The notes under the pieces were generated by a model. It saw nothing but the letters and a program-made list of their open reading frames with translations. It was not told the origin of the DNA and did not search any database. Of a DNA stretch of 16,903 bases, positions 8,542-16,903 are shown piece by piece. Every line of letters starts with the position of its first letter. Positions within the stretch are counted from its first letter, which is position 1. Origin of the DNA: Geosiphon pyriformis uo1 (lineage: Eukaryota; Fungi; Glomeromycota); the NCBI GenBank assembly GCA_016748015.1, contig JAAOMT010000288.1, forward strand, positions 7,330 through 24,232. Direction: 5' to 3'. A program made the translations under genes and the position numbers.

Positions 8542-9138
8542 AATGTTACCGGAGGTTTTTGGTCTCTTTTCTGTAATGTTGTTGATACTTGTTTGCTGTG
8601 AATTAACGTTTTCTGGATGTGATTGAACCTCCAGTAACTGAATTTTAACTTCAAATTATCTTTTATAATTTGAACTTGCTGGGCTTATAAGTGGAATGGC
8701 CAATTCCATGCCAGTTACTTTATGTAGTTATGTTGTAGTAAATGTTAACTCTTTCCCAGGAATTGCTTATCTAAAAGCTCACTAAAAATATGTGTAGTTA
8801 CTTTGCTGTGAAAATCAACTCTTTTACAGGAATCTCATCTGTAGGTTATCTTAATGATTGTAATAAGAAAAGAAAAAGAAAAATAAAAGAAATGTAAAAG
8901 AAATAGAATTTTATCAAGAGAAACATTTTCGATCCAGGCCTGGAGTCACTAACTGTTTATTGAAATTGATAGCTAATCAATTTCAAAACGTTAGTTGAGT
9001 TTTGGGGATTTTCTAAGTGTAATACTTAAAGAATTTGGTTTTTTGAATTATTTGATATTTATTTTTTTTGTGTATGTAGGAATGGTTCTAAGTGATAAAT
9101 CTAAAGTAAGATACATTTTCTCGAAAAGAGAAGCTCTT

Positions 9139-9146
9139 CTTTTATA
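9139..9146 (-). promoter_or_regulatory. TATA box of the 5' LTR promoter (TSS predicted near 9110-9115)
   Basis: TATAAAAG on the - strand, downstream of the repeat array. The TSS position is inferred from typical spacing only. Confidence 0.6.
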
Positions 9147-9196
9147 CAACTTGTTGTAACACTATTCTATGAACTTAAACTTTGCTATTTTCTACA

Positions 9197-9310
9197 ATTT
9201 TGCTGAACTAAAGATACATTTCGGCGAACTACAAGTTATTTTTGCAAACTATTAGATATTTTGGTGAACTATCAATTATTTTGGCAAATTTCTACAAATT
9301 TTGGTGAACT
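9197..9310. repeat. U3 array of six 20-bp-period palindromic repeats (5' LTR copy)
   Basis: Cores at 9197, 9218 (perfect atttcggcgaact), 9238, 9258, 9278 and 9298. Confidence 0.88.
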
Positions 9311-9524
9311 TTTGAATGTTACATAGTTCAGGGTATTGCATGATTTGATCATCGCAATTAGGTTACATTTGTGTTGTGTACAAATTGGGTTATTAATCAA
9401 ATAATAATTTTGGACATTTTGCTAATGTAATAAGTGATAATTTGAAATGATAATATGCTAATTAATAATAGGATTTATAAGATAATTTCATGCTAAATAA
9501 TATCTCTAATTTCATCTGGTAACA

Positions 9525-10658
9525 TCATGAACACACCTAAGGAAAAAATTGTTACTGCAATAGCTAAGTTTGATAAAATTAAGTTAATCAAAATTTAATT
9601 AATTGGTATGTAATAAAAGACTATGGTAAAATTTACTAAATTTGATCAGCTGAACAGTTGGCTTCTAAATAGTCATTCTTAATTGAAAAAAATTCAGTGC
9701 ATGTAGCTATGGTTATAAATAATTATAATACTTAGATATCTAAGAATTGATTTAAGACACTACTATTATTTTGCCAGTGAGAACAACTGCTTATGATTTG
9801 GGTACTCTTTTGAAAGGAGGAAATGCGAAAACATGTATCATAAATTGATTATTGAATTCTGGCAATAGAATTCACTGTGCTGTAGTTGGTTTTAAGTCTA
9901 AAAATAGAATAGAATCTGTATATTGCATTGAGCTAATATTTGGTGAAGTTAAACTCACTTGAGCAAGATTAGATCTGGTTTGGTGTGATAAGTGTGAGAA
10001 GTTAAGTCATTCTGCATTAGAGTGTAATATAGCAAGTATGGCTGCCCCTTTGGCTGCAAAGTCATTTAAGAAGTCTATTTTTGAGGTGAATTGTCTTTAT
10101 TTGGCCAAGTTGTACACTAAAAAGAGTGTTTCTATTTTTCATTCTGCTGTCTTTGGTGGCAAATCTTGGGCCCAAGTGGTTTCACTTGCTGTCTATTTGG
10201 GAAATAGTTCCTATTTCTGGTTTTTTGAATGTCAAGAAACATTTGTTGGTTGTTCAGAATATTTTTCTGTAGTTGACTACTTAGCTTCTTTGGAATAATC
10301 TTTGAAACTCTTGGTTAATCAAGTATCAAGTATAGTGTACAAGTTAAATGACATAAAGCTGGTGCTTTTGATATCTGTCTCCAATTTTATTGTCCCAATT
10401 ATTCTTATTCCAACACTATTAGTACCAGATCTGGATATGATTTTGGATGATATGTTGATGATTCTTATTTTTTCCCTTTCAGTTGTTAACAGTATCACTT
10501 TTGGTCTTGGTTCAAGTAGTTCAAAGATTCTTACCACTAAGATGGATGGTTTGAAATAAAAAATGGTTGTTTTAGAAGTGTTAGTCAACTCAGTTTTGAA
10601 GAAGTTAGATCATCTGTGCTCTAATTTGGGTTCTTCAGCTCTCCTTTCATCTCAATGA
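9525..10658 (+). pseudogene. LINE ORF1 (interrupted): two RRM-like segments, CCHC knuckle, C-terminal helical region
   Basis: MNTPKEKIVTAIAKFDKIKLIKI..KTMVKF (RRM-like), LPVRTTAYDL..CAVVGF (second RRM-like), CDKCEKLSHSALEC at 9984-10025, in frame with ORFs 10038..10298 and 10302..10559. TGA at 10656-10658. Confidence 0.8.
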
Positions 10659-13600
10659 CAGATTTGGTTTGGAGGTTTGCTACATGTAATATTAGGAGCA
10701 TCAATGTTCCTGCAAAATTGGATGACATTGTTTATTGGCATAAAAATTTGGGTAACTTGGTTTCTATTGTTACTAAGACTAAATTAAGGTCTAACATTAG
10801 GCCATAGATTATGAATAAGTTTGATGAAGTTTGGATTTTTACTTCTGAGCTGGATGTAAGATTTTTTAGTGTTGAGATTGCTATTATTATGAACAGTTCT
10901 TTGGCTTATTATGTATCTAATATGAAAAAGATTTCTGGTCAGCTGATTTCTGTGTGTCTTTGTTTAAGAACAAACTTTCAGTTATAATCTTGAAGTTGTA
11001 TACTAGTGCTTTTATTGATGTATGTTTTAACCAAGCTTTTGATATCAATTTTTTGATCTCTAAAGTGGTTAATTCAAGTTTTTTTACAGTTTTGAATGGT
11101 GACTTCAATGAAAATAAAGCCAAAAGAAATGCAAGTTTCAAGTTTTGTGTGGATCTGGGCTTGGTTAACACCTTTAATAAATATTCTTTTACCAAAGCTT
11201 CTACTTGAAGCAATTTCAGAGGTGTAAAAAAGGTGATAGATTTTATTTTTGTGAGTGGAAATCTGGCTTCTGCTGTCACATCACATAGAGTTAATGACAT
11301 ATCTAAATTTTTTAATATGGATCATAAGTCAGTTTCAATTTCAATTAATTTGGGTAGACTTTTGAACACTTGTCTTATCAGCACTCATAAACAGACCAAC
11401 TGTAATCAGTGGAAGTTTAAATTGAAGAATGCTAATGAGACTTAATGGTTGTATTTTAAGAAGTGTTTTTCTGCTGAGTTGTTAGTTAGATCCACCACAT
11501 TTGGAAATACAAAAGACAATGATGACTTGGATATAATATAGAAAGTGTTAAAAGAAGCCATGATACAAGCTACTACTAAGATGTTTTCTAAGAGTTGGTA
11601 TAGTAAGTATGATTGTTCAAGGAACAAACAATCTTCAAAATTCTATAAATTGGAGCTGTTTATTGCTAAGATTGTGAGATGTTAGAATTCAGAAGATTTT
11701 CTGAATTTTGACTGTCTAGTTAAAATTTGGTCAGCTATTGATATGGTTGAGACATCCAAGATTACTAGTATAGTTCTAGATAGTAAAAGTTCAGTAAAAC
11801 TGCTTAGGCATTTGTCAGTAGTAAGGAAAGGGTATTGAAGATCTAAGTTTTATAAGTCAAAAACTGCTGAAAACACAGCTATTAGGAAGGCAATTAACCA
11901 TTATATGGAAAAGTTTTGTTCTAACAAAGAGCATATAATCAAGAGCATTTTGAAATACCCATTTTGCAAGGTTGTTTTGGATTACTTGGTAGTAGATGAT
12001 GCAATAGTGATTGAGCCTGATGAAGTAAAGCTTAAAATTAATGAGATCATAGAAAGATGAAAAAAAAAATAGTCAGTGCTTTTGAAGATGCCCAATTTTT
12101 GGTCTTATTAATATATGTCTTTAGATTATGTGAATGATAATGCTTTCTCTGGTGTAATGAAGGTAATTAACATGAGAAAATTGTCTTTGGTTGTTAACAA
12201 TTTGCCAAATAACAAAGCTGCTGAGTTGTTAGGGATACTTAATAAACTTTGAAAACACTATAATAAAAAGATGTTGGTTTGTCTTTTAACATTATTAAAT
12301 ACATGTTGGCTTTGAATACAGTTCCAATTTTCTGGAAAAGAGTATGGGTTTCAATGATTCCAAAATTTTATGAATGGAATGGCATATTAACGAACACTAA
12401 GCCTATTGTATTAATTAAGACTGCTCAAAAAATCTTGTCCAAGATTTTTTCCGACCAAATATCTTCAACTTATAGCAAATTTAATGTTCTTTATGGTAAT
12501 AATTTTTTAGTGCTGAAGGATACTTCAACTCAATCTTTTATTTTTGCCATTGGGTCAATTGTTGAAGATGCTTTAGAGAAAAATAAGAAGTTCTGGCTAG
12601 TATTATAGAACATGCACAAAGCTTATGATTTGATAGGCTGGTATTATCTAAAGACTAGCCTGTATTACATTAAAATATACAATCAGTTTATTGGGTTTTT
12701 TGGTAACATTTATGAGAATAGAATTAATAAAGTAATAATAAATTTTGGGCTTTCAAACAGTTACAAAGTACATGATGGTTTAGATCAGAGTGAAGTCTTT
12801 TCTTCACTTCTATAGAGGATCTTTTATGATCCACTTTTGTGTGAGATAAAAAAACATAAACACTTATATAGATATAGAATTAATACTAGGTTTATGGTAA
12901 AGTCTGGTAAGGTTAAAGCAGTTAAAGGAAAAACTTTTTTTTTGGCAGCTGGCGCCTTTGTTGATAATACAATTTGGATTGGAAGTTGTCAAACTTCCAC
13001 ACAGCATATTTTGGATATTGCTAATAGATTTTTGAAGTCAATAACATTTCAATTAATAATGATAAAATGGTAGCTATTCTGATCAATTAAAGCATCAAGT
13101 TTGCTTTACTGTTAATTAATGGTCTGCCAATTTCAATTGCTAAAAGGAATAAGGCACACAGATACTTGGGCATTTTTTTATCCACTAAGGGTCTCTCTAA
13201 GCCTAGTTTGGCTTAGGCTCATATGAATGTAAGATTTTTTTCTAATGTTGTATTAAGAAAAACTATCATAGATAAACAATTTTCTTACTTGGTTTCAGCT
13301 ATTTTGTAGCCAATTTTTAGCTATAGAATGCAGTTTAATTTTGTCTCTGTGGTTGTATGCCACAAGTGGAATGTAATAATCAGAAAAAGTTTTAAAGCCA
13401 AGACTGGTTTACTGTGTAATTTTTTAGTGAGGTTTTGCATCATCCATTTTTGTATGATTTAAAATTTTTTGAGCAAGTACAGGCTAAAGAGAAGCTGGCC
13501 ACACTGATTTTTTTCTCCAATGCTTATGGCATTATTGGACATTTGTTTAAACATAAGTTTTTAGATATGCAGGTTTTGAAGTGATCTTCTTTAGACTTTT

Positions 13601-15321
13601 TACAATATTTTGTTAGATTGTAAGTTAGTCCAGTAAATAATTTTTTGGCTGGTGTAATAAAATTTTTTTTGAAGAATAAGCTTTTTTTGGCAAACAATCT
13701 GCCCAATGCTTTTCATAAATCCAGCAAGTTTCTAATATCTAGAATCTTGGGGTATTCCTTATATTATAATTGTGTTTTTTTTTGAAATAATTTAGTGTTG
13801 CTTTTAATGATAGGCTTCTGGACAAAAGAGGAAAGGTAATAAACTGGAAAATGTTTTAGTAGTAGAAAAAGTTAGATCTAAGAGGCTCTGTATCTTACTT
13901 GTTCATTCTAGCTACTGAGTTTATGAACAAGCAAGTTTTTTTAAAGGCTAACTCTACTAATACTTCTGAATTACCAGTGCTGAATGTTTTAGAATCTGAG
14001 GCATTTTTTAATGTCTATGGTAAACTGATGAAAGTTTGGTCTAATTGTATTGAGATCTACACAGATAAGTTCTTAAAGAGTGCTAGTTCTGCTAAGATGG
14101 CAAGTGGTGTGACTGCTTATTTTCTGGCCACAAACATGGGTATTGGGGTTAGAGTGCTTGGGCTTTTGTTTTCTATTTTGGCTGAATTGCAAGCAATTGT
14201 TTTGGCCTTAGAGTATATTCTGTTTTTTTGTGTTATAGTTTTGTATTTGTACAGCCAATTTGCAATTGATACTTGTATAGCAGAGTTTTTTTTTGTTATG
14301 CTTAATTTTTGCAATTATTGCTAGATTAAGAGATTGCATATTGTCAATTTTATCAAGAATAAAAACATTTTGGTTAAGTAGGTAAAAGTTAAAAGACATT
14401 CTAAGGTTCTGAACAATATTAAGACTGATAAATTAGTAAGCAAGACTGCTTTTTTTTCACTTTTTTTACCAGTTGAGATTCGGAAATAGATTCTGGTGGC
14501 TAAAATACTGCTGTATTTAGTAACACTTGTCATTTTGTTTGTAATCTGTACTAATTAATTTGCTGTGCTTAATAAAAGGCTGGTTCTGGCTATAGTGTTG
14601 TTTAAAATGTCATGATTAGGAGAATAGATTGGAATATTATTGTGAAAGTTTGGCATTTTGATTTACATATGCTCTCTAAATTTACTAGTAAGAGCTTGGC
14701 TAGTATACATACTTACCTAATGAAAGCAATACATAAACAATTGTTGGTGGCAGTTAGGAAGAGATTATATGACAAAGATTATCCTAAGGTGCTGTGCTTG
14801 CTGTGTGGTGAAGTGGAGGTATCTGATCATGTTTTTACTTGTTCTGGTGATATTGAATTCCATAAAAACATTTTGAATAAAGCTGCTAAGAAATGGGTAT
14901 TGTTAACTGGTTTTTCCTGTTCATCAAATGTTTTATGTTCACTTTCAATGTGCTTTTCTGACATAGGCTTATACTCTGCTATATGCAAGAGTTTCATATT
15001 AAAGAATTGGTTTGCTGAAACCATCCAAATATTTGAGGAAAAAAAAAACTGCTTTGGTTTTTATTAAATATGTTAAGTTTGTAATTGAATTACATTATTC
15101 TAACTAGATCCAAACATAGGGTAGATATAAAGAAAGCTGGTTTAATCAAGAATAATGGCATGGTTTCAAAATTGTCTCAATGTTTAGTATTAATATTGTC
15201 AGATAAAATGATTCATATGCTTGGTGTTTTGGAATCTTTTGTTGTCAATTTTGATAGACACAGATTGTGTCATTTTTTTTCTGGTTTGAATGATGATGTG
15301 TGTGTTTGCATAAATGTGTAG
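10655..15321 (+). pseudogene. LINE ORF2: AP-type endonuclease, reverse transcriptase, RNase H, C-terminal Cys/His finger
   Basis: APE: MTDLVWRFATCNIRSIN, LNGDFNE, IDFIFVS, MDH. RT: MIPK..NTKPIVL, NMHKAYD, GLDQSEVFSSLL, AFVDN (12957-12968, decayed FVDD), RYLGIF. RNase H: IYTD (14058), AELQAIVLAL, VKVKRHS. CLLCGEVEVSDHVFTC at 14795-14842. Many stops and frameshifts. Confidence 0.93.
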
Positions 15322-15444
15322 TGTAGTTTTGTCTGGTTCGAGTGACTGGTCATATGTAGAAAGTGCATGAACTGTATTTAGTCTGTTCCACTTAGTTTGG
15401 TTCTATGTACTAAATAGCAATTAGGCTTTACTTATTAAATTATG

Positions 15445-15470
15445 TAATAAAAAATAAAAAATAAAAAATA
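15445..15470 (+). repeat. LINE 3' A-rich tail, (TAAAAAA)n
   Basis: taataaaaaataaaaaataaaaaata, about 125 nt after the ORF2 stop. Homology with the second LINE copy ends here. Confidence 0.75.
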
Positions 15471-15582
15471 GTAATTGTAAAAATAAAAACATAAAAAATT
15501 ATAATTAAAATTCTTTAAAATATTCTTTATATTTTTTAAATAAACTGGTATTTTTAATATTGCTTTAAAATAAAAACCAAAA

Positions 15583-16903
15583 TTTTTTTATTATTATTAA
15601 ATATTTAATAAATAAAGTCTAATTGCTATTTAATATATAGAATTAAATTAAGTAACTTAAACTAAATACAATTCACACTTTTACTACATATAATCAGCCA
15701 CTTAGATCAAATAAGACAACATTAAATGTCTATACAAATATATATATTTTTATCTAAACCAAAAAAAAACACTGTTTATATCTACTAAAACTAACTGCAA
15801 ATGATTCTATTATACTAAGCAGTTAAACTATTTTATCTAATAACATAAATATTAAACAACAAGACAAACCTAAAACTATGTCACTATCTTTGACCAATCC
15901 AGCTTTTTTTATGTCTATTTTATGTTTTGATTTCATAAATTATATCTTAGTTTAATGCAATTCTACCAGATTTTTTATATATTTAACAAAAACAAAAGTC
16001 ATTTTTACTCTTTCATTAAAAACTATAGCAGTTTTAGCATAATAATTTTTTAGCACAAATTTTTTGCAAATTGCCATATACAAATTTACATTTAATAAAT
16101 ATTAAGAAAGTATTTATAGAACAGCAAAAAAAGATAAGAAATAAGCACTTATCAATAATATTTATTTTTTAAAAGCTTTTAACAAAATATTTTCTTAAAT
16201 ACTACCATCTTTAGTACAATCAAAAACATGCTCAGATAATTTTACTTTACTACATAACAAACACAGTACACCAGAATATATTTTATTATACAATTTTTTT
16301 TAACTGCTACTAGTAGTAACTTGTGCATAGCTTTTATTAAATACATATGCTTATTTGCAGACTTTTTACTAGTAAACTCAGAAAACATATGTGAATTAAG
16401 ATTTTAAATTTTTATGGTAGTTAGCCAATTTACTTTCTTAATTAATGTATTCAGAATTATATTATATTCAGAATTGGTCTTTTATTAAATACAACAAATA
16501 TATATGTATAAATTACAAACAAAATAGCAAGTATTGCCAAACAGAACTATATTTTCAGCCATTATAAAATGTTTTTAAATCCCAATTGACAGAAAAAAAA
16601 AAAAGTAAGCAGTTTTATCTACTATTATATTAGCTTAAATATTGCTTAGAATATTTAAATAACTTTAATTTTTATCCATATAACAAAAAAATTTTCATTT
16701 CTAATCAAATTAGCAATATGTTTTCTCTCTATTTAACACTAATTATAAAAGTCTGGTATAGCAAATAAAACTTCAGAAACACACGCATCAATAATAAATT
16801 GGCTATACAAATATAAAATTACTGTATAAAAAAATAGAATACACTTTAAGAATAGTACAATAATCTGTAACTTGGCTATTGTAAAGAACAAAATCTTATG
16901 TAT
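15583..16903 (-). mobile_element. 3' part of a second, more decayed copy of a related LINE (RNase H, Cys/His finger, 3' UTR, tail); continues beyond the window
   Basis: The reverse complement aligns collinearly to about 14154-15450. It translates as HMFSEFTSKKSANKHMYLIKAMHKLLLVAV and CLLCSKVKLSEHVFDC (16216-16263), with ORF2 stop at 15722-15724 and tail at 15583-15599. Not visible in the ORF track. Confidence 0.9.

Larger units (their letters stand above)
1..9524 (-). mobile_element. Ty3/Gypsy (Metaviridae) LTR retrotransposon, near full length (predicted about 9.85 kb; 3' LTR truncated by window edge), inactivated by point mutations
   Basis: Paired direct LTRs (offset 8873), TG...CA termini, PBS, PPT, and the Ty3/Gypsy domain order Gag-PR-RT-RH-IN on the minus strand. 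RT motifs include SPVVLVKKK, FCVDYRQLN, LDLKSGYWQ, MPFGLCN and YLDD. Confidence 0.97.
8544..9524 (-). repeat. 5' LTR, complete, 981 bp
   Basis: Terminal inverted repeats TGTTACCGGA (8544) and TCTGGTAACA (9524), matching 9/10. PBS adjacent. Homology to the 3' LTR stops exactly at 9524/651. Confidence 0.95.
9525..15470 (+). mobile_element. Non-LTR retrotransposon (LINE, APE-type, RNase H-containing), heavily decayed; 5' part displaced by the LTR element insertion
   Basis: ORF1 and ORF2 remnants with diagnostic motifs, a short 3' UTR and an A-rich tail. Clade not assigned. Confidence 0.93.

Noticed and set aside
8846-8926. Hydrophobic uORF or signal peptide (MFLLIKFYFF..) in the LTR
   Set aside because: It derives from a low-complexity T tract. 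The ATG is ACG in the other LTR and the tract differs by an indel between copies.
10319-15024. Minus-strand ORFs within the first LINE (10319, 10917, 11442, 13524, 14117, 14208, 14321, 14827)
   Set aside because: Antisense shadows of LINE ORF1/ORF2 with no recognisable motifs.
16448-16475. Direct repeat TATTCAGAATT x2 as a TSD or duplication
   Set aside because: The region aligns without indel to the first LINE's ORF2, so the similarity is best explained by A/T decay.
1-16903. Alternative genetic code or programmed read-through explaining the many stops; classical CpA-specific RIP
   Set aside because: Stops are of all three types and accompany frameshifts and catalytic missense changes, which indicates decay. 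LTR mismatches are led by CpG and spread over all contexts rather than being CpA-specific.

Overview
Eukaryotic, AT-rich, transposon-only window with no host gene; it looks fungal and resembles TE-rich Glomeromycotina DNA, which is an unverified impression. (1) 1-9524 (- strand): a near-complete, point-mutated Ty3/Gypsy LTR retrotransposon. It has a 981-bp 5' LTR (8544-9524, TGTTACC...GGTAACA), a PBS, a PPT and a 3' LTR cut by the window edge. Its organisation is unusually complex: one reading frame runs AUG-less N-terminal extension - Gag (CA, CCHC, Q/N/Y/P-rich tail) - protease - three putative Zn fingers - dUTPase - dUTPase-like remnant - RT - RNase H. A possibly separately initiated integrase follows, then an extra 239-codon sense ORF that runs through the PPT into the 3' LTR. 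U3 carries six 20-bp-phased palindromic repeats upstream of a TATA box, and 927 nt of the leader contain no ATG in any frame. (2) 9525-15470 (+): an older, more decayed LINE (ORF1 RRM-RRM-CCHC; ORF2 APE-RT-RNase H-CCHC; ORFs joined by an overlapping ATGA), into whose ORF1 the LTR element inserted. (3) 15583-16903 (-): the 3' end of a second, more decayed copy of a related LINE, tail-to-tail with the first. All coding regions are pseudogenised, mainly by C>T/G>A transitions. All counts and alignments were done by eye.
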